DNA from: the human T2T-CHM13v2.0 reference genome, Homo sapiens
Strand: one strand, 5' to 3'
DNA: 64,000 bases
NCBI RefSeq assembly: GCF_009914755.1
Contig: NC_060928.1
In this document: piece by piece, positions 46,228-60,704 of the stretch
Layout of the letters: each line of letters starts with the position of its first letter
How positions within the stretch are numbered: the first letter of the stretch is position 1
Notes under the pieces: generated by a model
The model's database searches: none
Seen by the model: the letters and a program-made list of their open reading frames with translations, nothing else
Told to the model about the DNA's origin: nothing
Program-made: the position numbers and the translations under genes

Positions 46228-47360
46228 AGGAATGTTTCCTTCTTTGTGTCCATATGTACTTGATGTTTAGCATGCAGTATTTGGTTTCCTGTTCCTGTGT
46301 TAGTTTGCTAAGGATAGTGCCTTCACCTCCATCAATGTTCCTGCAAAGGACATGCTCTCATTCTTTTTCATGGCTACATAGTATTCCATGCTGTATATGT
46401 ACCACATTTTCTTTATCCAGTCTACTGTTCATGGGCATTTAGGTTGATTACATGTTTTTGCTATTGTCAGTAGTGCTGAAATGGCCATATGTGTACATGT
46501 GTCTTTAGGATAGAATAACTTTTATTCCTTTGGGTATACACCCTGTGATGGGATTGCTGGAGCGAATGGTAGTTTTGTTTTTAGGTCTGTGAAGGTTAAT
46601 ACTGAGTGTCAACTTGATTGTATTTAGGGATACAAAGTATTAATCCTGAGTGTGTCTGTGTGGGTGTTGCCAAAAGAGATTAACATTTGAGTGAGTGGGC
46701 TGGGGAAGGCAGATCCACCCTTAATCTGGTGGACATAATCTAATCAGCTCCCAGCGAATATAAAGCAGGCAGAAAAATGTAAAAAGGAGATGCTAGGCCT
46801 AGCCTCCCAGCCTACATCTTTCTCCTGTGCTGGATGCTTCTGCCCTCAAACATCGGACTCCAAGTTCTTCAGTTTTGAAACTCGGGCTGGATCTCCTTGC
46901 TCCTCAGCTTGCAGACAGCCTATTTTGGGACCTTGTGATCATATAAATTAATACTTAGTATCTATCCTATTAGTTCTGTCCCTCTAAGAGAACCCTGACT
47001 AATACAAGGTCTTTGAGAAATTGCCACACTCTTTTCCACAGTGGTAATTGTGGAACTAATTTGCACTGTCACCAAAAATGTAAAAATGTTCCTTTTACTC
47101 CACAACCCCCCCACCACCTGTTATTTGTTGGCTTTTTTTAATACTTTTTTATTAACCTGTTTATTTTTAATAATGGCCATTCTTATTGGTATGAGATAGT
47201 ATCTCATGGTTTTGATTTGCATTTCTTTGGGGATCAGTGACGTTGAGCTTTTCTTCACATGCTTGTTGGCCATGGCCGCATGTATGCTTTTTTTGAAAGG
47301 TGTCTGTTCATGACATTGGCCCACTTTTCAATGAGGAGGTTTGCCTTTTCTTGTAAATTA
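46228..47360 (-). mobile_element. L1PA15/16- or L1PB-like 3' fragment interrupted by MLT2A
   Basis: Antisense ORF2 C-terminus (atgtaccacattttctttatccagtc; gagatagtatctcatggttttgatttgc). Confidence 0.85.
46588..47006 (+). mobile_element. MLT2A (HERV-L) solo LTR
   Basis: tgtgaaggttaatactgagtgtcaacttgattg...gagaaccctgactaataca; perfect TSD aggtc. Confidence 0.92.
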
Positions 47361-49439
47361 AAACAATCAATATTTTAAATTAAAGCATGAGTATGAATGC
47401 ATGAATTATGACTCAAAGAAACAATCATGAGATGGCTACAGATGAAACTTATGAAGTTTACCTAATTTGCATCTCTTTCAAACCACGGCAGGGTGTGTGG
47501 AGTGAACAGACCACACTTTGCTGCATTAGTCGTATCTAAGGAAGAGTAGCACCTTAAGTGTAGCTAGCTTGCATACAGCAAATCAGAAACACTTAAAGAC
47601 TCAGAGTTTGTTTTTCATGGTTACATACTTACAAAATGATACATGTAGACAGACAATAAATATATATTAGATGGTTAATGAATACTTTGTTTTACTTCAA
47701 CATGAAACACCCTGGACAAAAGCAGGTTTTTCCCCATTTTCACAAACATTATATTTATTAGAAAAAAAATTTGAAGCTCAAGTTATCTCTCAATTCAACT
47801 AATATTTCATGTATTTGAAAAATGAAAGATACTTAGCTAATATTTAAGGTAAGGTCTATTTAACTGAACAAAATACAAAAAGAAACTTATGTGCACACTG
47901 TGTAAGAAATTCAAGAATTTTGTATGTAAACAAGTAGTTGTTTGTAGTAGAGAAAGATGTAACACATGGACTCAACGATACTCTGCTATAGAGCAAGAAC
48001 CACAAGGCCCGTCATATCAAAGATTGCCTTCTCAACGTGCTGATAAAATAAGGTTCAGTATAACGTAAACTTGAATATCTAGTGATCTGGGAGTATGATT
48101 CCAAAGTAAATTTCCTCTATAATAATTTTTTTATTTTTAGTTGAGTCAATTAGCAGACCTCTGTTTCAATTTTTATTTTTCCCCTGGTATCGAGGAGTGT
48201 GTATATGTGCACGTGCATGTGCATATGTGTGTGTGTGTGATTATTAGATATAGCTCATGAAGTCCTCTCTACCCTGCCCATATTTATAAGTTTTGTTTTT
48301 TTTCTTGTCCAGAGGTCCCCAGATAAATATTGTCTGCATTAGAAGCCTCCCTAATGTGATTGTTGCTTTCTTGGGATTTAGGGACCCTAGGCTTAAACTG
48401 ATTTTGAATTAACCCCTGACATATTGATAACCCATAAAACCCAATTGAATCCAGAGTCTTTGTTAGTCCATTTTACTTATATATTAAGATTGTGGTCTTC
48501 CATTTTTTGGACAGGGCTGAAAGTAAACTATTCTCTGCCATGGGGTATCATGCATATTTTCTCTTCTAACCCCAATGATACAAATATTTTGTTTGACAGA
48601 AGCATGGGCAGTAGTAGCAAAAACACGTGAGGCCTCCTACGATTCCACTAAGTCATTTGGTTTTAGGAATGTAGACCTCTTCTTCCACGTTAATGGCTAC
48701 TTGATGAGCTCATATTTTTTATAATGTATCAGTCTGTCTCCCAAGAGTTCTATAGAATGGGGATCAGTGCCTGATTGAAACAGATAACAAATGGTAACAG
48801 GGCGAGAGTCTTTCTCTGAATAATATTCATTATGACTTATGCTTGAATCAAATATAAGATTCTCTTAGTTACTTTTAAATACACATTATATTATTGTTGA
48901 CTATTGAGACAAAAAGATAGTTGCAAGCTAAGACACATGACCCAGATACTTTTTAAGAAGGGTCCCAATTTCATATTTCTGTCCCTACATGCCAATTATT
49001 GAAACTTGCAACTTCGGACAATAAATCTAAAATAAAAGCTTAATAGGACTTGGTCACAGCACCACAGCACAGCACAGCTCAAAGCCCAAGCTTATTGGCA
49101 GGAAGCAGTACAGCTCAAGGTGCATATTAGCAAGCAGGCATCAGCTCCAAGGGCATGCTCACCGGCAGGGAACAGAGCCAGTAGTAGCAAGTCAAAAGGA
49201 AGAGAGGACTCCCATTTTCTTCCAGAAAAATAGAAAAGCATTTGTTTTCTTCAGCACTGGCAGATGGCAGTACATATTGTGGCTGAGAGCTAAAAATGTT
49301 GAGACAAATGGCTCTGGTTTCAAATCTTAGCCTACCATTTACAAACCACATGACCTTCATTTGCCATCCTTGAGACTCCATCTGGTGGTGATCATCTTGA
49401 CTACCCTGTTTACAGCACCACTTATTTTGTGTTGGCCCC

Positions 49440-49805
49440 ATGGATCAGTAATTGGTTCAGATGTCAAGGTAGATGATGCTACACCTGCACTAAGATGATA
49501 CAAAAAGTTTGTTTCTCACAAAATAGGGCTTTCTGGGGTAATGGGTAATGCAGGTACCAAAGTTGGTCCAGAGCCTCTTGTGCTGAGTGAGAGGCGATGG
49601 CTTTGGTTTGTATTGTGGTTAATGGATGGACTAGCAGAACTGTTCTCCCATGGGGGGCCAGGGTTTTCTTTGTTTGATGTTACCATGGGTGCCATGGAAG
49701 GGAGCATCAGACTTTTTTTATGTGTGGAAATGGAATAAAAGAGAGGTGGGTCCTGAAAGCTGTCAGAGATCAAACATAAAAAATGGAGTCAAAGTGTTCA
49801 GTTAA
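49440..49805 (-). mobile_element. Old ERV LTR fragment (family uncertain)
   Basis: Ends tgaaagctgtcag...caaacataaaaaatggagtc, resembling the antisense 5' end of old ERV LTRs. Confidence 0.5.
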
Positions 49806-51164
49806 GTTGAGCATTTAACAAAATCTGTTTTGTTTTGTTTTTTATTTTCTCAGGTTGTCTTCCAGTGATTATCTTCTTTCCTTTGCCCTTCTCCAAACTC
49901 AAATGACATCTGTTGAAAAACAATAATGTGCTTCTCTCTCAATTTCTCATATTGTTTACAAGAATCAAATCAGTCTTCTGACTCTTACTTACAATTACTT
50001 TTTCAGAATTTTTCTTTACTCCTCAATTATAAGCTCCCAGAAGACAGGAAAAGCATTTGTTTTATTCAGCACTGGCAGATGGCAGATGTCTAAAAAAGAT
50101 CCATTAAATGAGTTATGGATTTATCACCTTTTTTGTAACCATTATGTGAAAAAATTGCTAAGCGAATTTGACACAAAAATGGAATATTGCTCTTTTAAAA
50201 CTCAGAAAAGCACAACTCAAAAACAAAACAAAAACTCACAAGTTTGCTCTTTATAGCCTAGGTCATCTTTGACAAAGCATGTAACACTTTTTATCTCATT
50301 TTCTCAATCTGCAAAATGGAAAAATGGGAAAGTTTCTTTCTTGAAAATATGTGAACTTCTTTTCTGAGATTTTGTGTCTGAAGATAATCTAAATTATAAA
50401 TTGCTGCTTAAATATTATAAGACTTTGTCAGTTCTTCACCCTTATAAGTCATCTTCTATTGATAAATAATGATGACAGCCTGAAGGCATCAGGCTCAAAG
50501 GTTGGATGGGCAATACATTTCAGGAGGGGGATGGAATGTCAACTCCCTCTAAAATTGAGCTCTGTTCACCTAAATGAGAGGTCCTCTATCCCTTCTTAAA
50601 TGACGCTTCAGAACCTGGGCTTATGCACATCAACAAACATCATAGAATAATTAGGGAGGGTAGAAATCATCACAGTGTCAGCCTTCCTATTACCGAATTG
50701 TAAGCCTTCGATACAGAACTGCCTAAAGCAATTGCAGAATGCAATAGATCCAACTGTATTTCCTTTGGAGCCCACAAAACCATCCAGCTGTAGCCTGCAG
50801 GTTCCAAGTGAGGCCCTTCCCCCAATTAGGATTTAATCACCTTGGAGAGCAGCTGAGAATTTCAATCATTATTTTTTTTCCCGAGGTCCCATCAATCTTG
50901 TCCTTCGAAGTAATGTGATTTTTTTTTTCCTCTGCATGAATACTAAATCTTCTTAGTGGAGAAAAATGATGCTAGGAAATAAAGTGGAAGAAACTAATTT
51001 TTATAGGATATTTAAACGGAACTCTTGAAGAACTGTTGTTTTAAACCACTCCATTATACTTCCAATTTAATGCCTTGGGGATGGGAAAATGTCTCTCTGA
51101 GGGCCTCAATTCTTATTGCTTATTGCAGCAATTTGAGCCAAGCTTACCACTGAGGTCTAGAGGT

Positions 51165-51420
51165 GGCACATATTATGGCGAAGAGCCAGGAATTTTGAGA
51201 CAATTATCTCTGGTTTCAAATCCTAGTCTACCATTTACAAACCACAGGAACTTTATTCATTTGCCATCCTTGAGACTCAGTCTTCTCATACCTATAAAGG
51301 GAAAATAGTAGTACATACTTCAGATAAAGAATGTGAAAATTAAATGGAGTAAATAATCTTAAGTACTTAGAACATTTCCTGGTGCATAATATTATTTTTA
51401 AGTAATAGCTACATTCATTT
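51165..51420 (+). mobile_element. MIR
   Basis: ctggtttcaaatcctagtctaccatttac...ctcagtcttctcatacctataaa...aagtacttagaacatttcctgg. Confidence 0.75.
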
Positions 51421-52149
51421 TTATCTCTTATTCTCTATTGCCTTGACATACTTATTTTAAGTTTCTCATGAACCAAATTAGGTCAATGAATGAAATAAGA
51501 TGGATTTGTGAAGATGAATATCATTATGGGAGTATCTAGAATTAGTCCTCATTCTCATTTTTTTTTAAAATCACAGTTTAGTTTTATCTATTAAGGAACA
51601 TAAGCAAGGAGAGAATCAATGCTTATCTTTGCTTTTATTTTAAGTACTTGGAAAATAATTTTAGCTAAGTATTAAATATATTTATTGGCATATAATATTT
51701 ATTCATTTATTATCTCAATATATTGAAACACCTCTTACATTTTTAATTTTTTGTTCTTTGATACTTCTATGGGAAAATAATGTGAGGTGAAGTTTTTATA
51801 ATAATCCATCAACACTGTATCATTTAACTTTAAGGCTGCAAGTACTGTTACACAATTTTTCATTATTATTTAATGACACTTTGTTCTTACTTTGACTAGA
51901 AGTCTAATTACATTGCTTTGAAATTATGTGTTCCTATATTTTTTTTTTTTTTACTCAACATTGCTATCTACTCAAGGGCGGAGACTCCATGACTCATCTT
52001 TTATCAGACAAGAACTTAAACAGAATACACAGTAGATGCTTAATTGCTTTTTACTGAATGAGAAAACAGACTCAAGAGTGAATGGGAAATGCCCTAATGT
52101 CAGGTCAAATTAGAACTTTATCCTCGTGCTCAGTGGATCCCGGATCCTC

Positions 52150-55100
52150 ATAATACTCAGTGGTATTTTGTCTTCAAGTGACCCATCTCACATGCAATGA
52201 TACCCATAGGCTCAAAGTAAAGGGATAAAGAAAAATCTACCAAGCAAATGGAAAACAGAGAAAAATCAGGGTTGCTATTCTAATTTCAGATAAAATAGAC
52301 ATTAAAACAACAATGATTTAAAAAGACAAAGAAGGGCATTAGATAATAGTAAAGAGCTCAATTCAACAAGAATATTGAACTCCTAAATATATATGCACCC
52401 ACACAGGAGCACCCAGATTTATAAAGAAAGTTAAGAGCCTTAGACTCCCATACAATAACAGTGGGAGACTTCAACACTCCACTGACAATATTAGACAGGT
52501 CATCGAGGCATAAAACTAACAAAGATATTTAAGACCTGAATTTAACACTTGACAAAATGGACCTAATAAATCTACAGAACACTTCACCCCAGAACAACAA
52601 AATATACATTCTTCTCATTTGCACATGGCACATACTCTAAAAGAAACCACACTATCAGACATAAAACAATCTTCAGGAAATTTTAAAAACCCCAAATCTT
52701 ACCAACTATGCTCTCAGACCACAGCACAACATAAATAGAAATCCATATTAAGAAATTGCTCAAAACCACATAGTTACATTGAAATTAAACAACCTGCTTC
52801 TGAATGACTTTTGGGTAAAGAATAAAATTAAGGCAGAAATCAACAAATTATTTGAAATAATGAGAAAAAGACACAAGATACTAGATTCTGTGGACAGAGC
52901 TAAGGCAGTGTAAATAGGAAAATTAACAGCACTAAATGTCCACATCAGAAAGTTTAAAATATCTCAAATAGGCAGCATAACATCACAGCTAGAAGAACTA
53001 GAGAAGCAAGAGCAAACTAACCCCAAAGTTAGCAGAAGAAACTAAACAACAAAAATAAAAGCAGAACTGCAGGAAATTGTGATGCAAAAAACACACAAAA
53101 GATCAATGAATTCACAAGTTGGATTTTTAAGTACATTCATAAGGTAGATAGACCACTAGCTAGACTAATAAAGACAAAAAGAGAGAAGATTCAAATAAAC
53201 ACAATCAGGAATGAGAAAGGGGACACCACTGACACCACAGAAATAACAACAACAACAACAACAACAAAACCTTCAGAGGCTATTACAAAAACTTCCATGC
53301 ACACAAGCTAGAAAACAGAAGAAATAGATAAGTTACCTGAACACATACAACCTCCCAAGACTGAATCAGAAAGAAATTGAATCCCTGAACAGACCAATAA
53401 CAAGTTCAGAAATTGAATCAGTAGCAAAAAGCCTGCCAAACAAAAAAAGTCCAGCGCCTGATCGACTACAGTGGAATTCTACCAAATGTATAAAGAAGAG
53501 CTGATACCACTCCTACTGAAACTATTCAAAAAAATTGAGGAGGAAGTACTCTTCCCTAACTTGTTCTATGAGACTAGCATCATCCTGATACGAAAATCTA
53601 TCAGAGTCATAACAAAAAAAGAAAAATTTAGGCCAAGAACTTTGATGAACATAGATGCAAAAATTCTCAACAAACTTCTAGCAAGTAAAACCCAGCAGTA
53701 CGTCAAAAAGCTAATCCGCCATGATCAAGTCGGCTTTATCCCTGGGATGCAAGGTTGTTTCAACAAATACAAATCAATAAATATGATTCATTACATAAAC
53801 AAAAACTAAAAACAAAAAGCACATGATCATCTTAATAGATGCAGGAAAGGCTTTTGATAAAATTCAACAGCCATTCATGTTAAAAACTCTCAACAATCTA
53901 GCACTGAAGGAACATCCTTCAAAATAATAAGACCTATCTACAATGAACTCACTGCCAACATCACACTGAATGGGTAAAAGCTGGAAGCATTCCCCTTGAA
54001 AACCTGAACAAGACAAGGATGCCCTCTTTCACCACTCTTATTTAACATAGTACTGGAAGTCCTGGCCAGAGCAATCAGGCAAGAGAAAGAAATGAAAGGC
54101 ATCCAAATAGGGATAAAGGTAGTCAAACTATCCTTGTTTGCTACTGATTCAGTTTCTGTACCTGGAAAAGCCTATAGTCTCTGCCCAAAAGCTCCTTGAT
54201 CTGATAAACAACTTCAGTAAAGTTTCTGAATACAAAATCAATGTACAAAAATCAGCAGCATTCCTATACACCAACAACATCCAAGCTGAGAGCCAAATCT
54301 AGAACACAATCTCACAACAGACAAAAATGTATAAAATATCTATAAATGTAGCTAACCTGGGAGTCAAAGAGCTCTGCTATGAGAATTACAAAACACTGTT
54401 CAAAGAAATCAGAGATGAAGCAAACAGTGAGAAACATTCCATGCTCATGGATAGGGAAAACTAATATTGCCAAAATGGTCATAGTGCCCAATGCAATTTA
54501 TAGATTCAATGCTATTCCTATCAAACTACCAATAACATTCTTCACAGAATTAGAAAAAAAAAACTTTAAATAAAGTTTAAATGGAACCAAAGAAGAGCTG
54601 GAATAGCCAAGGAAATTCTAAGCAAAAAGAACAAAGCTGGAGGCATCATGCTACCAAACTTCAATCTATACTGCAGGGCTATGGTAAACAAAACAGCATA
54701 ATACTGGTACAAAAACAGAAACATAGACCAGTGGAACAGAATAGAGACCCCAGAAATAATGCCACACAACTACAACCACCTGATCTTCAAAAAGAAACAA
54801 AAGCAAGCAATGGGGAAATAACTCCCTATTCTATAAGTAGTGCTGGGATAACTAGCTAGCCATATGCAGAAAATTGAAACTGGACTCCTTTCTTGTTATA
54901 CCACATGCAAAAGTCAACTCAAGATGGATTAAAGACAAATGTAAAAAATGTAAACTATAAAAACCCTGGAAGATAACCTATGAAATACCATTCTAGATAC
55001 AGGACTGGGCAAAGACTTCATGACAAGGATGCCAAAGCAATTGCAACAAAAACAAAAACTGACAAAAGGTACCTAATGGAACTAAAAGAGCGTCTGCACA

Positions 55101-56077
55101 GCAAAAGCAACTATGGACAGAGTAAACAGACAAACTACAGAATGGGAGAAAATATTTGCAATCTATGCATCTGACAAAGGTCTAATGTCTAACATACCTA
55201 AGGAACTTAAACAAATTCACAAGAAAAAACAAACAACCCCATTAAAGAGTGGGCAAAGGACATGAACACTTTTCAAAAGAAGGCATACATATGTCCAACA
55301 AGCATATGAAAGAGAACTCAGTATCACTGATCATTAGGTAAATGCAAATCAAAACCACAATGAGATGCAATCTCACGCCATTCAGAATGGCTATTATAAA
55401 AAGTTTAAAAAATAACATAAGCTGTCAAGGTTGTAAAGAAAAGGGAGTACTTACACACTGTTGGTGGGAATGTAAATTAGTTCAGCCATTGTGGAAAGCT
55501 GTTTGGCAATTTCATTTCTGAAAGAACTTAAAACAGGATTACAATTCAACCCAGTAATCCTGTCATTGAGTATACACCCAAAGGAATGTAAATTGTCCTT
55601 CCATAAAGACACACACATGCATATATTCATCACAGCACTATTCAAAGTCATGATGATATAGAATTAACGTAAATGCCCATCAATGGTAGACTGGATAAAG
55701 AAAATGTGGTATGTATACACCACAGAATACTATGTAGCCATAAAAAAGAATGAGATCATTTCCTTTCCAGCAACTTGGATGGAGCTGGAGGCAATCATCT
55801 TAAGCAAGCTAACACAGGAACAGAAAACCAAATACTGTATGTTCGTACTTACGTGTCGGAGCTAAACATCAAGCACATACGGACACGAAGGAAACAACAG
55901 ACACTGCGGCCTACTTGAGGGTGGAAGGAGGATGAGGGTCAGAAAACTACCTATTGGGTGCTACACTTATGACCTGGGTGATAAAATAATCGTACACTAA
56001 ACCCAAGTGACACAGAATTTACCTATATAACAAACCTGCATGTATACCCCTGAATTTAAAATAAAAGCTTAAAAAAA
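52150..56077 (+). mobile_element. L1PA15/16-like LINE-1, ~3.9 kb (near-complete decayed ORF2 plus 3'UTR)
   Basis: Fragmentary ORF2 translations (FYQMYKEEL...[11 protein letters not shown]; MVDWIKKMW); 3'UTR aaactacctattgggt...acaaacctgca; many stops and frameshifts. Confidence 0.92.
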
Positions 56078-56123
56078 GTCAGAGAGCATTTCAAAAAACT
56101 TTCCAACTCTGTGTTCAATCACC

Positions 56124-56521
<398 letters not shown>

Positions 56522-56649
56522 TAATAGCTCACATGTATTTAAGAATATTCTTTATTTCTCCTATTTTTCAGCCAAAAAAAAAAGAACACAGTCATATCTC
56601 CATTTTTCCGAGCTTTGTTTTTTTTTTTTTCAGGTGACAAGCTGATAAC

Positions 56650-56880
56650 AGCAGTAATAATAACTATTCTGGGTAACATAATAATTAACATGAACTAGGC
56701 ACTCTTCACGGGCTTCACACATATCAAATTATTTAACCTTCATAAGACTCTTAGGAGAGGTATTATTGCTATTTACATTTGACATCTTAGAGAACTGAGA
56801 CAGAGAACATTTAAATGATTTGCGAAAGGTCACATAACGAATAGATAGTGAGCCAGGATGTAAAACCAGGATGTATGCCC
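56650..56880 (-). mobile_element. MIR
   Basis: aggtattattgctatttacattt...gagaactgagacagaga...aaggtcacata...gtgagccaggat. Confidence 0.75.
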
Positions 56881-57084
56881 GTGTCCATTAGCTTGCAAAT
56901 TGCTTCCCCCAGAGTGAATATGTCTCTCTTCAGCTTATAACTTCTTTGGGGCTCACAAGCTGTGTGATATTGGTGCCGTCTATGATAATGTCAAGTCACA
57001 CATGGTGTCCCGAATTTTGCGATAAATAGGTCAAAGGGCTATTGCTATTGCCCAAAGAAGATTAACTGCCCTTATAATTGCATT

Positions 57085-57600
57085 TTTGCCATACAGCCAG
57101 AAAATTGGACAAAATTTATGAAATAATTGTTTTGAGACATTAGACAACAGGCAGTGTAGATCTGTGCTCTCAAAGAAAAGGGTAAAAAGTGAACTTAGCC
57201 CATGATTGCCTTACTTCACTGTCTAAAGGCAGTTTTTATGGTGCCACAGAGACAGAAGGAGGGAGGGTGAGATGTCTCAAACAGAGCCCAGTAGTTGACC
57301 TGAGATGAGAACATAGAAATTAGAGTATCAGGACTGCAAGGTGGCTAGAATATAGGACATAGTACAGGAGAAGAAAGAGAAAGAGAGCTGGAGATCTGCA
57401 GAGAGGTGAATCTGTAATAGTGGACTGTGCATTTATTTGTTTATTCATGGGTTCAAACTACACAAAGCCATAGAAAGAACCATTAGAAAGTAGTAGCAAA
57501 CCAGTTTCCAGCACTTACTCTGGTATATGAACTGTTGTGTTCCCAGCAAAGAAATAGTTGCTATTCCATCACTAGGAGATTGGGGAGGTGATTCAGGAAG
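57085..57600 (+). mobile_element. Probable old L1M 5'-region fragment
   Basis: aaaattggacaaaatttatgaaataattgttttgagacattagacaacaggcag. Confidence 0.45.
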
Positions 57601-58057
57601 GCATTTCATGACTTGGTAGGTAGAGGTTCCTATCTCAAAAAAAAAAGAATGTTTTGTTGTCATTATCATTGTTCACTACCTCACCCATACTTAAATAGAA
57701 GCATTAAAATTGATTGACCAAAAGGCGTCTTTGATGTCTCCGCATTGGGAAAAGAAGGTCCATATGTTGCCTAATGAGCAGGGATTCAAACTCTGAACTT
57801 TTTAGTTGCTGCATTCCTAGGGACTAGTCACTGGCCCCTGGGTTAATGAATACAGCTTGATAGACTATAAGAAAAACAGATCAGTGAATACGTTATTGGA
57901 AACCTATCCTTGACTATTGCAAACATACAATGCATTTCCAATTATAATCTAAATTTTTATTTTATTATTATAATTTGTTTAAGAAAAGAAGTTTGAGATT
58001 TTAATTTTTATTTAGAAGTCAAATAGAGAGCTGGCTCACATGGTTTTGGATGGTTGG

Positions 58058-58439
58058 TGCTATGGTCTAAATGTCTCACCCAGAATTTATGTGCTGGAAA
58101 CCTAATCCTTATGCAACACTGTTGAGAGGTAGGGCCTAATGGGAGGTATTTGTTTCATGAGGATTCCTCCTTCAAGATTAATGCCCTTAAGGGCTTGAGG
58201 GAATGGGTTTACTCTCTTGCACTTTGGTCTTCCACTTTTCTGCCATATGAGGACAGAGTTCCTCTTTTTGCCCTTCTGTCTTCTGCCATGTGATGACATA
58301 GTCAAAATGCCCTTGCCAGTTCTAGTGCCTTGATCTTGGAATTGCTGGCCTTTACAACTATGACAAAATAAATTTCTGTTCATTATAAATTACCCAGTCT
58401 GTGGTATTCTGTTATAGCAGCCCAAAATGAACTAAGACA
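58058..58439 (+). mobile_element. MST (C/D-like) MaLR solo LTR
   Basis: tgctatggtctaaatgt...aataaatttctgttcattataaattacccagtc...actaagaca; TSD gttgg/gttga. Confidence 0.88.
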
Positions 58440-58877
58440 GTTGAGGGTACATTTAACATTCGAGTTAAGGACTTGATCTCATAGGATTCCTGAATTCCCA
58501 AGTAATGGGAGAAGACTTAACAGATTTCCTTTAATTTCTTTCGAGCCCACTTTGCAGGTAAAATAACCACTGGAGTTCAATAATTTCTTAATTATTTCTC
58601 CATGTGCTTTGGAATGTTTATATCAGAAATTGAGAAGAATAAGACTCCAATCATGAGTAGAGTGACAAAACAGAATTTGAAAGTGGAAATAACTGGTGTA
58701 TTCCACTACTAGAAAATAGACATATTGAGGAGTACTTGATAAATATGTTCTGCTTACATCACATTTGCACAGATATTTTTTGTTTCAGTTATAAAAGTCT
58801 TATTTTTAGCCTCTTAGTGATGAAGCAGACAGTGGTAAGGAGGCAGCTAGACATAATTTACAGATACTTTCTTACTC

Positions 58878-59045
58878 ATATATCTTTGTATATATGAGTA
58901 AGATATATAAGTATATATATATATATATACTGATATATAAGTACATATACATAAGTACATATACATAAGTATATATACATATATACTTATATATATAAGT
59001 ATATATATATACTGATATATAAGTACATATATATACTTATATATC
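58878..59045. repeat. (TA)n-rich compound microsatellite
   Basis: tatatataag(t)/tacata repeats. Confidence 0.9.
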
Positions 59046-59317
59046 TTTGAATCCAGTATTTCTGACATCTCTAACAATTAGTAGGAAGCAATATGTAGAT
59101 ATTGGTTAAAGAAAAATAACCTTTCGATTTAGACTGCCAAATTTTAGAGTATATACAACTGATTCAGTGCAAGTATTGGAAGTATTCACTTTATGATCAG
59201 TATCTCAAAGGGACTAATGATCAATGTCAGAGTTGTGACTCATGAAAAGATGAGATAACCTTCTGTTTTGGGATGTATCACTAGCTAGGTTAGGTTAGTA
59301 ATGACACTTTTACCAAC

Positions 59318-59917
59318 TGTAGAAGTTTTTTTTTTTTTATTACTTCACAACAAATAATCATAAGCTTAGTAGCATTAAACAGCACAAATTTATTACTTAA
59401 CAGATTCTGAGGGTCAGGAATCTAGTCATAGAGTAGCTGAGACCTCTGCTCAGGGCATTAGACAGCTGCAATCAAGATGTGCATCTCCTATTTGGAGATA
59501 AGGAATAATCCACTTCCAAGCTCACTGAGGCTATCGGCAGAATTCAGTTTCATGTGACTATAAACCAAGTGCCTTGGTTTCTTGCTATCTGTCTACTGGA
59601 GGCTGCACTCAGTTCCTGGAAGCTGCTCACAATTCATAGAGGCCACCCACGTTTTCTTGTCACATGACTTTTCCAACATGTTCACTTAGTTCATCAAGCC
59701 AGCAAAGAGAGTTTCTTGAGACAGTCTCTTAGCAGTACAGAATCTTATATGCCATAATATAATAACAGAAGTGGCATCTCATTAAATTTTCCATATTCTA
59801 TTGTCTAGGAGTAGGTAATAATACCCCACTCTCATGCCAAGAGAGGGAATTATACAAAGCTGTGTACACAAGGAGGCCGGGATCATGGGCAGCCACTCTA
59901 GACCGTCGTCCACATCA
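59318..59917 (-). mobile_element. MLT1 (D/E-like) MaLR LTR
   Basis: cttagtagcattaaacagcacaaatttatt...ggcagaattcagtttc...gagagggaattatacaa. Confidence 0.8.
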
Positions 59918-60704
59918 GCTAATGTAATATAATAGTCACAGCCAGACAAAAGCTCTGTGACATAAATGCATCTCCTTTGGGATTTTTCTTGTCATATAAT
60001 TTTCTTCAATCTTGTTAATAAATACAAATGCTGAAACTATTTTGATTAATAGCATCAAAGTCAGAAATACAGAAAAACTGAAATGAGCTCTGCAATTAAG
60101 ATGTTTTATATTTGGGTTGCACTTTACACTTTTTAGAGTATTCATATATATATATTTCATCTTTATTTATTTATTTTATAAGTATTCTGAATGATATCCA
60201 GGGCAAGTAGTGTTACACATTTATTACAGGAGAGAAAAATAAATGGTTTCACAATGGACCCAGACCTAGAATATGGTCCTGCCAGTCCTTAAAGTTTTTT
60301 CTGGGTGAATTTCACTAACTGAAAATATGAGTGACATCCTCTTCTCTTGTGTTATTACCCAGCAATTACTGAAGCTGGGTAATTGCTTACAAGTACAAGA
60401 AAAATTGAGAGCTTCACATGAATATAGACTTATTTAGTGGCAATTTACTCCATTAAACTTTATTTTGAAATAAAATTTGAAAAATGTTAATAGTAATAAT
60501 AAAAAGTAATTATATTAAGTAAGTAGTAATAATAAATAAATAATATGACCTGTGATTTCTCCAATTAAGGCTTAGTTTTCTTTTTTAAACAAAGCAACTG
60601 TGGCATTTAGATGATTAAACTATCCTTCTGCAATTGTGACAAGGCACTATATATTCTAATTTATAATTTATATATTTTTCCATCATAAAAATAAAACTTT
60701 TGTG

